A stretch of 64,000 bases of DNA, taken from NCBI GenBank assembly GCA_016748015.1, contig JAAOMT010000183.1:78272-142271 (forward strand), given 5' to 3'. Source of the DNA: Geosiphon pyriformis uo1. Its lineage: Eukaryota > Fungi > Glomeromycota. The translations under genes were made by a program, and so were the position numbers. Below the pieces are notes generated by a model. That model was given only the letters and a program-made list of their open reading frames with translations, did no database searches and was not told where the DNA came from. Positions 26,597-39,728 of this stretch are shown here, in pieces (the first letter of the stretch is position 1; the number at the start of each line of letters is the position of its first letter).

Positions 26597-29500
26597 GCAC
26601 CCTTTTCATAAAATGGTGTTTGACTATTTGGTTGTTGATAACGAGCTGGTTTTGGAGCCTAGTTTGGTTAAGTTTAAGGTTGATACAATTATGGAAAGTT
26701 GAACCCGGAAGTGTCAGACAGTCCCTAATGTTTCTGATGATTGGTGTTATTAATATTAGTCTTTGGGACACATTTTTGATGGAGCTTTTTCTGGTGTGAT
26801 GTGTTCAATTGATTTTGAGGAATTTTTTGGAGTGGTTTTTAATCTGCCTGATGGCAAAGCTGCTGGTCTTTTGGGTATCTCGAATAAGCTTTGGAAGCAT
26901 TGTAATAAATCTATTCTAGATATGCTTTTGGTGCTTCTGAACTGTTGTTTGTCTGATGAATCTGTTTCCAATCCTTGGAAAGAAGTCTGGGTCTTGATGA
27001 TTCTCAAACTATATGAGTGAGAGAGTGTTTTAACAAATACTTGTCTTATTGCTTTGATTAAAATGGCTTGCAAGATCCTCTCCAAGATCCTCTCTGATAG
27101 AATTTCCTCAGCTTGCAGCACTTTTGATGTTCTTTGTGGAGACAATTTTTGGTTTTGAAGGGTACAACAATTCAGTTTCTTATTTTTACAATTGGGTTGG
27201 TTATTGAGGATGCTTTGAAGAAAAACCAGGAGCTTTGGCTGGTTTTGCAAAACATGTGGAAAATGTATAATTCAGTTGGCTGTGATCATCTTAAGAAAAG
27301 CTTAGTCAGAACTAAAATGTGTAACAGATTCATTCAATTTTTTGGTAATATTCATAGGAGTCATACCAACCGAGTCATAACAGATTTTGGTTTAACAGAT
27401 GGTTATTGTGTGTATGATAGTTTGGACCAGAATGAAGTTTTTTCCCCCCTTTTGTGACATGTGTTTTATGATCCTCTGTTGTGTAAAGTCAAGCACCAGA
27501 AAAGTGTGTATGAATACAGGATCAACTCCCATTTTATTTCCAAGAGTGGTCATGTTGAATCTCAGGCTGGATTTTTCTTCTTTTTTGCTGCTAGTGCTTT
27601 TGTTGATGATACAATTTGGGTTGATAGCAGTCAGAATGCTACTCAACACATTCTTAATGTTGCTAGTGAATTTTTTCAGATCAATAACATTTCTATTAAT
27701 AACAAAAAGATGGTGGCCATTCTCATCAATAGCAGAATCAGTGATCCTTCTCTTTTTATAAGTGGCTCTCCCATTACTATTGCCAAAAAAGGGGAATCTT
27801 ATCAGTATTTGGGTATTTTTCTTTTGACTGAGGATCTTTCAAAGCCTAATTTGGCTAAGGCACATTTAGATGTTCAATTTTTCACCAATTTGGTCCTAAA
27901 AAAAGCTGTGTTAGATAAGCAGTTCTTATATTTAATGTTAGCAATCCTTTACTCTATTGTCAGCTACAAGACACAGTTTAGCTTTGTTTCTATTGGTGTA
28001 TACAACAAATGGAATGCTCTAATTTGTAAAGGCTTGGAGCTTAAGTCTGGTCTGCCACTCAACTTTCCTAGTGATACTATTCACCACTCTTTCTTTTATG
28101 GTTTGAAATCTTTTTTGCAAATTCAGTCTGAAAGTAAGATTGCTTCATTAGTTAGCTTTGTGAACTCTGGTGGAATTTTGGGTCAATTATTTTTTCACTG
28201 GTCTTATAATCTATAAATTCAGTGTTGGCATCTTGTTTATCTATTGGTCTCTCCTGTTTGTACTTGTGTTTGTGTTTCTAATAATTTTCTGACAGACATG
28301 GTTCATATTCTTCTTGATTGTAATTTGTCTCTGGGTGGCTTCTTGGCCAGTTTTTTTTGGTTTCATAATGAAATGCCCATGTCTGCTGTTCTGGGTAAAT
28401 CAAAGTTTATCAAATTTTTTCTTTCTCTTCAGTGATATAGTATTGCATATGTGGAGCAACTTTGTGATTATCATGGTGTTGTCTTTAATTGGTACACTTT
28501 TAAGTAGTGAAAAAGGTTGGACTCCTGTGGCTCTGTTCCAGATTAGTTCAAGTTGTCTGCTGTATTTCTCAATAATGTAACTTTCTCTTCAACTCGTTCC
28601 ACAGCTCTGTGTGGTGCTGGTTCTTTGAATATTCTTAATTCCAATGACTTTGTGTCTATTTACAATTGTCTTTCACAAGTTGATGCTAGTGTTTTATCTG
28701 TGTACACTGACAGATCCTTGAAAAATCTTGGCACAATCAACTATAGCATCAGTGCTGCTGTCTTCTTCGAGAACATTGGTTTGAGATTGGATGTTGGTAT
28801 TATGGGTTTGATGTTTTCTACTCTAATGGAATTGCAGGTTATTGTGCTGGCTCTGGAGTGTGTTCCTTTGTTTAGTTCTGTTTGTTTATTTTTGGACAGT
28901 CAATCTGCTTTGGATGCTTACAAGTCGGAATTGGGTCTGGCATGTCCTAACTTTTGTAATCAGTATTGGATTGAATGTCAACATATCTTTAATGTTATTC
29001 ATAGTAAGAATTTAAGAGTCAGTTGGCACAAGATGAAAGGTCACTCTGGTGTTTTAGGGAATAAGTGTGCCGACATGATTGCTAGTACCACTTCTCTTTT
29101 GGGTTGGTGTTTTCCTTCTCATGTGGATGAACATTTTATTGTGGCTGATGGTAATATGGTTTCTAGCAATTTTAGACACTTTGTTTGTGATATTTTTCAT
29201 TCTGTTTGTTATGCATATTGGAAGGTTGGTTCTGGTTGTAAGTTTTTAGAGAACAGTCTGCTTTCTGAGATTAACTGGATATGCTCTTTATTGGTGTGGC
29301 ATCTTGATTTGCACATGACTACTGGTTTTACCAGCAGGCTTTCAGCCAATGCTTATACTTACTTCATGAAGGCTTTGTATTATTGTCTGCCTGTTGTTAT
29401 TCAGAAGCACTTTTATAGTAGACTTTATCCCAGTGTATTGTGTTTATATTGCAGTGAAGTAGAGGTGTCAGATCATGTATTCTCTTGTAAGATTGACGAG

Positions 29501-30113
29501 TCTACCCACCATCAGTTATTGGACTTTCATGTGAATTCTTGGAGAACACTTTCTGGTTCCACTCATGCTTCCTTGTGTGTGTTACAGCTGTTGTCATCTT
29601 GCTTTTCTGGTTCTTCTATGTCTATAGTGCTCTTCAAGAGTTTTGTTTTTGATGGTTGGTTCTGGAAGACCATCTCCATCTTCTGTAATTCCAAATTGGC
29701 TGGTTTGGAAATTGTTAAGTTTATGTGTTCTCTTAATTTAGCTTTTAGAAATAATGTATGGTTGGTTTGTGCTAAGCACTATGTCTATATAGAAAAGCAT
29801 AGTTTGATTCTTTTTGATAATTTGGCTGTCATCTTAGTTTCTGGTTTGTCTTCAGGGTTTTCTGTTGGTGTGGTGAAACTGTTTGGTATGGCTAATGCTT
29901 TTGGTATATGTTTTGGTTTTCGCAAATCTTGTTTATTTTTCTCAGATTTTAGTGGTTTAGTCTCAGTTTACATAGCTGCATAGTGTTGTTTTAACTGGCC
30001 CAAGTGGCTGGTTACATGTAGAAAATGCATGATTCATACCTAGTTTAGATCATTTCTTTGATGTATAATACTAGACTGTGTTTGGACCTCACTCATTAAA
30101 TAAAGAAAAAAAT

Positions 30114-33100
30114 AATGTGATTAATAAGAAAATATCTGCCAAAAGATTAATCAGTTGTTTTTGAGATTTTAAGACTAGTAATACTATTAAATTCAATAAT
30201 ATTAACATAAAAAAAGAGTTTTTAATAAAAAAACCAGTATAAATTATGGCAAAAAGAATGCTTTAAATAGAAAAAACCTGAACTAAATACTAAAAAAAAC
30301 CTAAATTAGTAATCAAGAAAGCATTAAATATATCTTTAAAAAAGATTAAGTTTCTAAGTAAGAATAAAAATAATGTTTTTTGAATGCTCTTATAGTTTTT
30401 TTTTTTTTAAAGAATTTAGTCAATGTATCTGTTAAGAAATTTTTTATTTTAAATATTAATTTAAATACTGTGATAAGAATTTTTTTTCAAAATAAGTTAA
30501 AAATAATTAAGAAATTGTTTTTTAGTATTAATAATTTTAAAAAAACTTCTACTTTTTTAAAATTTGTTGTAATTATTCATGTATTGTTTATTTTCAAATC
30601 AAGCTTGAAACAAATAATAGAAAAAACAAAAACTATAGACATTTTAGTAAATATCAATCTTAGAAAATTAGCTATATATTCAAATTGAGTTGTAATAGTC
30701 AAAGAAATTCCAGTAAAAATATTAATAAAGACTGTGTATATTGTATTATCTAAATTTGAGATGATTAAATTGATTAAAATACAATTAATAAGACTATGAC
30801 AAAAAACAATTATTGAATTTGGACAATCAAATTATGCTGGTTTAGTCATAATAAAATAATATATTTTAATTAGAAAAAATAATGTACAGTTTACTAAGAT
30901 TAATAAAAATAAAAAAACATAAAATACTAAAAACAATAATAGAATACTATTATATACTTTTTTTGTAAAAACAAATATACATAATTTCTGAAATTTTTTA
31001 GAGTTTATTAATAAAAAAACTTCTATTATATATTAGAATTCAGTAATATATGCTAAAACCAGATATGTTGTAGTGTGTTTTAAATTAAAATTTGTATTAG
31101 ATACTACTATAAAAACAACACCAATGTTAAGAAATACTAATTTGTATTGGTTTTATTTGGGTTCAGCCAAATGTGTTAAGTATAAAAATTTAAGTTATAT
31201 ATTATTAAGTTGTGCTATTAGTAAGAAAGTTTTTCTTAGTAATTTGTCTTATAAAGTTTTTTCAGAAACAGATAAAGCAGACTGATAACTATTTATGCCA
31301 AAAAATAAGTTTTTATTATTTGTTAGTGTTCTTTAATAGTGTGTTTTAAGCAAAGATTGTTAATAGTTTTTTATTTTTCTCTTTTTATAAGCAAAATAAT
31401 TTGTTAAAAGTTGGCTTTTTTTCAGAGATAAAGTTTTTTCTACTGATTATATTGAATATTAATAATAGATTTGTAGTTTTTAAATGCAGTTTTACTGATT
31501 TTATAGAACAAATTAGTAAGTTAATAGAAAGATTAAATGTACTTAAGTCAATGTTTCCCAATTATGCCCTAGATATTAGTCATTAGTAACTTTTTTATTA
31601 CAAGATCAAAAGATAAATATAGCAATGAATAAAAATTTAAATATAATTACTAGTAACAAAACTATAACAAAAAAAATTTTTTTTTATCTTAAAATATTAT
31701 TAAATTGAAAATAAGCATAAACAATTTGTTTAATATAGTTATAAGTCTGTTAATCAAAGTAGAAAATATTGGTTTAAGTTTAGATATTTTTTTCTATTAA
31801 TGATTAATTTAATTAAAAAAGTTGCTATATGTAATATTTAAAGTATTAATGTTCTTATTAAGCAGAAAAATATTGTTTATTAATATATAAATTCAAATAA
31901 CATGATTTTTATTATTATAAAAACAAAATTAAGGTTTAGTATTAAGTTATAGATTATAAATAAGTTTAATGAGGTCTGAATTTTTACATTTTGTTTGAAT
32001 AAATGTTTTTTTGATGTTAAAATGACTATTATTATGAACAGTTTTTTGACTTAACATGTTTTAAGAGTAAAGAAAATTTTTGGTTGAATTATTTCTGTCT
32101 GATTTTTGTTTAAAAATACTCTTTTAGTCACAATTTTTGGTCTGTATACTGGTGTTTCTGTTAAAACCAAATTTGGTTAGGTGTTAAAAGTTAATTTTTT
32201 TATTGCCAAATTAGTTAATTTTAGCTTTTTTGTAGTTTTAAATGTAAATTTTAATAAAAATAGATTAAAAAAACATGCAAACTTTAGGTTCTGCTTGAAT
32301 TTGGATTTAGTTAATTTCTTTAATAGCCATTTATTAGTTAAAACTTTTATATAAAACAAATTTAAAACTATTAAAAAAATCATTGATTATATTTTTGTGA
32401 ATAAAAATTTGTTATCTGTAATTGTTAATTATAAAGTCTATTTTATATTTGAATTTTTTGATACTAATTATAAATATTTTGGTTTTGGTTAGTCTAAAAA
32501 ATTTTTTAAATGTTTGTTTAAACAGCATGCACAAATAAGCTAACAAAAATTATTAGAAGTTTAAAATAAAAAAAGCAAATAAGTCCAAATAAACACATTT
32601 TAAGAAGTGGTTTTTTACTAAGCTTTTATTAAAGTTAAGTAAATTTATGAATACTAAGAGTTTTAGTAATTTAAATATCATGTAAGAGATACTAAAAGAG
32701 GTAATAATAGATTTAATTAATGAAATGTTTTTTAAACATTAGTTTAGTAAAGTTGATTGCTTAAAAAACAAGCAATTTTCAAAGTTTTTCAAGTTAAAAC
32801 TGTTGGTTTTTAAGATTGTTAAAAGATTAAGTTTAGATAATAAGTTTGAGTTTGATTGTTTTATCAAAACTTGGTTGTTTATTAACAGTACTAAGGCTTT
32901 AAAAGTTTGTATTATGATTTAAAATAGCACTAAAACAATAAGTATTATTAAATATTTATTAATGATCAAAAAAATTTATAGAAAATTCAAATACTATAAG
33001 TTAAAGACTATTAAGAATATATTTATTAAAAAGACAATCAAAAAGCATATAAAAAATTTTGCTTTAACAAAAGACACATAATAAAAAGTATTTTAGAAAA

Positions 33101-35480
33101 ACTTTTTTACAAAGTAGTTCTTAATTATTTAATAGTAAGAAAAAAGTTGATTTTAGAGCCAAGTAAAATAAAGCTTGAAATTAACAAAATTATAGAGAAT
33201 TGAACAAAAAAGTAAATTGTGTCTTTGGTATTACTTGATCTGTAGTTTCATTAATATACATTCTTAAAATATATAAATAATATTGTTTTTTAAATATAAT
33301 AAAAGTAATTAGCATAGATAAATTGGTTCTGATAATTAAAAATCTGCTTAATAACAAAGCTACTAATTTGTTTAGTATATTTAATAGACTTTAAAAACAT
33401 TGTAATAATATAATAATAAAGTGTTTTTTAATTCTATTAAACTTTTGTCTAATTTTTAAAAATGTTCTAATTGTTTAAAAAAAAACATGAATTTCAATAA
33501 TTTTTAAGTTTTATAAATGGAATAGCATTTTAACAAATACTTAATCTATTGTATTAATTAAAACTGTTAAAAAAATTCTGTTCAAAATTTTTTCAAATTA
33601 AATTTCTTTGGTTTGTAACAAATTTGGTGTTCTTTAAAGTGATATTTTTTTGGTTTAAAAGATATTTCAACTTAATTTCCTGTGTTTGCTGTTGGTTTAG
33701 TAATTAAAAATGTTTTAAAAAAACAAAAAGCTCTAATTAATATTACAAAATATGCACAAAGCATATAATTTGGTTAGATAATATTATTTAAAGACTAATT
33801 TACTGTACATTAAAATATATGACTAATTTATTAAATTTTTTGATAATATATATAGAGAAAGAATAAACAGAGTAATAACTAATTTTGGGTTTTTAGAAAG
33901 TTATAGAATACATAATAGACTAAATTAGAGTAAAGTTTTTTTGCTTCTTTTTTGAATAATTTTTTATAATTTTTTTTGGTATAAGATTAAGAAACATAAT
34001 ATTAAGTTTGTAACTAAAACTAACAAAGTAGAAAATATTAAGAGAAAATATTATTTTTTACAGCAAGTGTCTTTGTTAATAACATGATTTGGATTAAGAA
34101 TAGTTAGACTACTATGCAATATATTTTGAATATAACTAGCAAATTTTTTAGAATTAATAATATTTTAATTAATAATAAAAAAATAGTGGTTATTTTTATT
34201 AATTAAAATATAAGAATGACTTCTTTAAAGATTAGTAACTTACCAATTTAAATTGTTAAAAAGGGTAAACCATATAAATATTTAAGAATTTTTTTATCAA
34301 CTAAAGAACTGTTAAAGCTAAATATAATTAAGACTTATTTTGATATCTGATTTTTTATTAATATGGTGCTAAAAAAAGCAATTATAGATAAACAATTTTT
34401 GTATTTGATGTTAACAATTTTGTAGCTTATAGTTAATTATTATTTGCAGTTTATTTTTATTTTAGTAAATATATATTATAAATAAAATGTTATAATTAAG
34501 AAGAATCTTAAGTCAAAAGCCAATTTGCTATAGGATTTTTTTAATAATGTTTTGCATGATTTTTTTTTGTATGGGTTGAAGACTTTTAAGTAAGTACAAA
34601 TTAAGAAAAAATTGGCTGTGGTAATTGTTTTTTCTAATGCTACAAGTATTTTTAAATGGCTCTTTAATTACAGATTGCAAATTTTAGAGTAGGTTTTATT
34701 AAAATTTTTGCAGTATTCTGTCAGATTGCAGATTAATTCTGTAAACAATTTTTTGGCTAAGATAGTTGGACTGTTTTTGGAGAATAATTTGTCTTTGTTA
34801 AATAATTTGCTAAGTGTGTTTTATTATCTTAATAAATAAAAAAGATGCTATTATGGACTAAAAAATATTTTATAAATAAAAAAAGTTAGATCTAAAGAGA
34901 CTAATGCCTTTTTAATTTAGATTAATATCAAATTTTTTGCATAATAATGGTTTTATTGATACCAATTTTGGCCAATTTAGTGGTTATGTGGTTTGAATAT
35001 TTTGGAATCTAAAAAATTTCCTAAAGTTTAAATAAATGTTATTAAAGTATATATAAATAAGTTTTTGAATGGTTTAAATTCTATAGAAGTAATTAGTAAG
35101 ACTGTTGTATACTTTTCAGCAATGAATATAGGAATGTATATGAGTTTTTATTTTTTACAATAGTCAAATTACAGACAGTTGTTTTAGTTTTGGAATATAT
35201 ACCAGCTTTCTGTGCAGTAATTTTATACTTAAATAAACAAATAATTATTAATATATGTGTTTTTGAATTAAATTTTAATATATTAAACTTTTATAATTAT
35301 TGCTGAGTAGAAAAAAGACATATTTTCAATTTGATTAAAGATAAAAATTAAGAGTTATTTAAGAATTTCAGATAATAACAGAACTAATTTATTAACATAA
35401 AAAACTGTTTATTTTTTCTATTCCTTGCTAAATAATATATGTAAATATTTTATTATGGTTAAGAAAATGATAATATCTAA
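30114..35480 (+). mobile_element. LINE B: heavily AT-eroded relic related to LINE A (partial ORF1, APE, RT, part of RNase H)
   Basis: Residual homology: LKNLVNVSVKK (ORF1), KVAICNI at ~31820 (APE), RT-like segments at 33350-34100, RNase H-like segment at ~35040-35400. Confidence 0.8.
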
Positions 35481-38290
35481 GATCTATCTGCTTTTATTTG
35501 CATCAGACAAAACTTTATAATATGTGCCACTAAAAAAATTTTATTTATTTATAGTATAGCTTAATAACATATAATCCAAATTTTTATACTTTACATATTT
35601 GGCAGAGCCCAAATAAAACCAGCATAGATTAATACTTCTTAATATTGATGTAATTTCTATAACAGTATTTAATAACTTAACAAAAATCAAAACAAACAAT
35701 TACATATCTGGCTTAAGTGTTGTTACCAATAATTTTTGTCAATATTTGAAACCATTTCTTAACTCAACTAGTAACACATATTACTATAATTATGCTATTG
35801 ACTATAGTATATTATGGGTATATAGACTATTTTAATAAGTGGAAAAGTGAAAGAAAGTACATAATAAAGTTATTAAAAGTGAAAAAAAATATTGTTATTA
35901 TTATTTGTTTTTGGGTAAGAACCAGTTTTAGGTATTTTAAAAAGGAAAAAAAAGTCACATCTCTTTATATGTATTAAAAGTGCAATCAACAACAAAAGTA
36001 AAACCAACTACTTTAATAAATACATAATCAGAATTTTTTTAATTAGTCATCAAAAGGGTGTGGTATTCAAATGTTCAGCTTTGAAAGTGAAGGTATAAGA
36101 ATTATAAAAGGGTTGTAAAAGTAAAACATAACTGAAATAAATTTTGATTAAACTTTTTATTGTTGAAACCACTCTCTAATAATATAATATTTTATTATTT
36201 ATTTTAATATTTTAACAACTTGTTTAATAAAACAAGACTTAATGTGAAATGGTGATAACACATAATTTGAAAGATCAAAAGTAATAGAAAAACTTAAAAT
36301 AATAATAACAAGTAAGTAAAAAATTATAACAACATAATTTCAAATAGTAATAAAAAATATGTAAAGGCATACTTGAGATTGTGATAAAAAGTATTTGGAG
36401 TATAGAAAGAGGAAAAAAAAATGAGGTATAAAAGAAAAAACTAACTGCTTACTATAAAACTATAGTAAAGAATTGGTTTAGTATTTAACTAATACTTTTC
36501 TGAATTGACAGAGAGATTATACATATAGCTAAATTACATCAAATCTACATACTATATTAGGACTATTTAAAATATATTAATTATTTATATATATTGAATT
36601 AATTAATTCATAATGAGCTTACTTGGCTTGTTATTTATCCAAGAGCTAGTAATTTAGATAATCAGATTTAAATGGCTGAATTTAGAACATTAATCATAAA
36701 TCAATGATACCAATTGTAATTATGATCAACATAATTAGAAATAAATTAATTGATTATATTTCTTAGTAACTAGTTTTAATCATTAATCACAGATCCAGAA
36801 TATTGAATTGTTTTAATAAAGACATATGAAAATCTTGGAGGATAACAAAGTCTGTTGTTATCTGATTACATACATCAATTATTTATTTCCATTGGTGTTT
36901 TTTAGTTTGCCAAGATTTCTTTGTATCCAACTTAGTTAAACTGTTGAATTGTGCCATATTTTTTTGTTGTAATTAAATTGATTGCTGATCATTTATTTTC
37001 AAATTGTCAGCTAATTTTGTTGATTAAGTGCAATGATATAGGTCTTTTTTGCATGATTTTAATGTTAATTTCCATTGTATGTGTTGTAATTTTTGTATTA
37101 AAAAGTGTGAAAATCTTCCAATAATAGTATATATAATTGAATAATAATCAATAACACATGTTTTTTTACTTATTGATTTAATAAAATTTCAGATATCATA
37201 TATATTTATTTTCACTAATAATATATAAAATAACATTTTATTATTATCTTTTATATTTCATAATTTCTTGTTTTTATTAGTTCTAATAATTTATATAACA
37301 TCTTTTTTAATTAGAAAAAACTATTTTATTATAATCAAATTAGCATAATCAAATTATCCAAATTCTATTATAGTCTTTTATTATATTCTTATCAGCTGTA
37401 TTTTGATTGACTTAATTAATCCAAATTCAGATAGTACAGTATATACAGTCTTAATAGATATATCAATTGGTATTTTTTTTATTACTACAGTTTAATTTGA
37501 TTACTTAGTAGATTTTTTAATATTAGTGTTTACCAAAATATTTGCAGCTTTTGTTTTTTCTGTCATTTGTGCCAAACTTGATTTAAATATAAATTATATA
37601 TAAATAATTTCAACAAATTTTAAAAGAGTAAATGCTCTTTTAAAATTATTGATTTTTAAAAACAATTTACTGATTATCATGAGTTTATTTTAAGAAAACT
37701 TCTTAACAATATTATTCAAACCAATATTTAAAGCAAATAATTTTCTAACAGAAACATTAACCAAATTTTTTAGAAGAAAAAAAAGAGCTAGTAAAATATT
37801 TAATAAAACATTATCATTATTATTATTTAAGAAGTTAATTTTCTTTAATAATATACTCAAAGCTTTTTTGGTTTTATTCATGGAATTTTTAGTGTTTAAT
37901 TAGAATTTTTTTCTTTAAAAGCATTTTTTTTACCATAGTCAACACTAGTTTCTTTTACTAAATACTTTTTTTATATATTAATACTATTGAATTTAGTAGT
38001 ATTATTAGTTTTAGAGTCCCAAAAATGACCATCTAAATCTCTATTATAAATCATTTTGTTACTAATACTGTTTTTTAAAACATTTTTTTTTTTCTAGAAA
38101 GAATATATTTGTTATCACTGCCAAAACCAGGATTCTTGATAAATTTCTTTATAACAATAATACTAAAACCAACAATGGCCTCGTAATTAAGCAGAAAAGA
38201 TTTGGATTTATTGTATTGAATGGTTAAAAACTTTTTTTCAACAAATGTACTCTTTGGTGAATTATGAACATAGGAGAAAAAAGAGGTTTG
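35481..38290 (-). mobile_element. LINE D: 5' UTR and ORF1 portion of an eroded LINE, split by a 1.4-kb insertion
   Basis: Reverse complement matches the LINE A/B 5' end and ORF1 (LKNLVNVSVRKLFALNI at 37690-37881; KKTCVID..IY|..ARYVIVCF rejoined across 35721-37126). Confidence 0.75.
35721..37126. mobile_element. LTR-type insertion (solo LTR or internally deleted element of another family)
   Basis: Ends tgtta...taata as in the Gypsy LTRs; 4-bp TSD gtgt/gtat; removing it restores LINE D ORF1. Confidence 0.6.
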
Positions 38291-38810
38291 AATGTATTTT
38301 TACTATATGTAAATTTTTAAAACTTTGATCATAATTATTAAATATATAAAAAATTGTACTAAATAGCAGTTGAACTTTACTTAATAAATATTAATAAAAA
38401 TTTTAATAAAAACTGCTATCACAATTTTTTTTAATAAATAAACTTTAAACTTTAAAAATTTACTTGTTAAATATTAAATTAAATCAATTATTCAAAACAA
38501 AAATATATAATATAATACTTTAACATTTTATTTTATTTTAATGATTTAATATTAAATATAAATACATCAACAATAAATATTTAAAGTTATTAACTTACTT
38601 TTCAATGTATTGTATGTTTATTATTGCGTCATAAATTAAAAAAGCTTTAAAGAAATTCAAAATCTTATAATATATTCAATATTCAAATGATTTTTGAAAT
38701 TAATTATATAAATCAATGGCATACACGGAGATGCAAACTATAAATAATACAGTAACACACCAATTCTTTAAAAATTTATTCTTTTTCGTTAGAGTTACTG
38801 GGCGCTCGGA

Positions 38811-39686
38811 ATGGAAAATCAACAACCTGGGAATGTTGAAGAATCAAACTTAACTACCGATCGACTTACCCAACTTCAAGAACAAATCGACAACGTAATT
38901 TAAGGTACAAATATCTTTTCTAATTATTTGGTCACCACGCTCACTTCAGACTTTTATTAGCTTACTGCAACCTTTTGGGAATGTTTGAGCTTACTCAATG
39001 AGTGTAAGTGTTTGAATTTTATGGACTTTTTATACAGCCTTTTTAATGCATATTGATTTTATTTAAATTCGGCGGCTTAAAAGCGACGCAAAAAGATGCT
39101 GCCCAGTTAGCCGGTAAATTAAATTTGAGTTGGCACAAAAGTTATAGTAGCTTACCAACATGAATAACTCACCATTTGATATTTCCCCCTTACTAAATCA
39201 CGATTTTTCAATAATAAAGCCCAAAGATCCCACTTAGTAGAAAAGGTAAAAGTAGCTATAGGAAGAGTTGAAATTCTTATAGAAAACTTGCCAGGTATTA
39301 ATGATTCCGAGGAAAAGCAAGTACGTAGCGTTTTATTTTAAGTAAATCAGAGGGAGGAAACAATATCCTTAATACTCAACATCCCAATCATCAATTGATG
39401 TATTCCAAATTGGAGGGGTTTGTAGTAAGATATTTTTTGACACTTTCCTATTCATTAAAGCTTCAAGAGCTGGAGTCGCTGGAACAAGAATTGCAAGAAG
39501 CAAATAAGGAATATTTAGAGGCTATAGCAGAAGCAGGTGAGCCACTATGAGATTTACCCTCTGATAATGATTATTAATAAAAAATTCTTTTTTTCGATTG
39601 TACAAGAAAATCTTATGAAACAAATAAGAGATGTTATACACACTATATTTGAAGACCAAGTGTCTTTGGATGACCCTGCTGATTAA
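38811..39686 (+). CDS. MED21: Mediator subunit 21 (Srb7)-like, multi-exon
   Basis: DRLTQLQEQID N-terminus; ILIENLPGINDSEEKQ|LQELESLEQELQEAN coiled coil; GT-AG introns. Middle exons uncertain. Confidence 0.75.
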
Positions 39687-39728
39687 TTTGTCCAGATAAA
39701 TAATTTTTTTCTGGGTAGAATCCCCATT

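Larger units (their letters stand above)
2820..30113 (+). mobile_element. LINE A: full-length non-LTR retrotransposon (ORF1; ORF2 APE-RT-RNase H-zinc finger), about 6.8 kb net, interrupted by two Gypsy elements, pseudogenised
   Basis: ORF1 from 2974 rejoins across insertion 1 (WSR|LLLALC) and has CCHC CLICKNSGHTSLTC at ~14623. APE motifs VATCNIKG and SGDFNE (~15280-15930). ORF2 rejoins across insertion 2 (LEH|PFHK). RT AFVDDT; RNase H VYTD..E..LDS..KGHSG..GN..AD; CLYC..DHVFSC; stop at 29983; A-rich tail at ~30098-30113. Confidence 0.9.

Noticed and set aside
26350-26799. 149-aa ORF
   Set aside because: Chimeric: runs from the 3' LTR into an off-frame part of LINE ORF2, and frames are not preserved between LTR subfamilies.
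36700-36810. Possible protease relic (YSGSVIN on the minus strand) within the 1.4-kb insertion
   Set aside because: Too short and degenerate to support.
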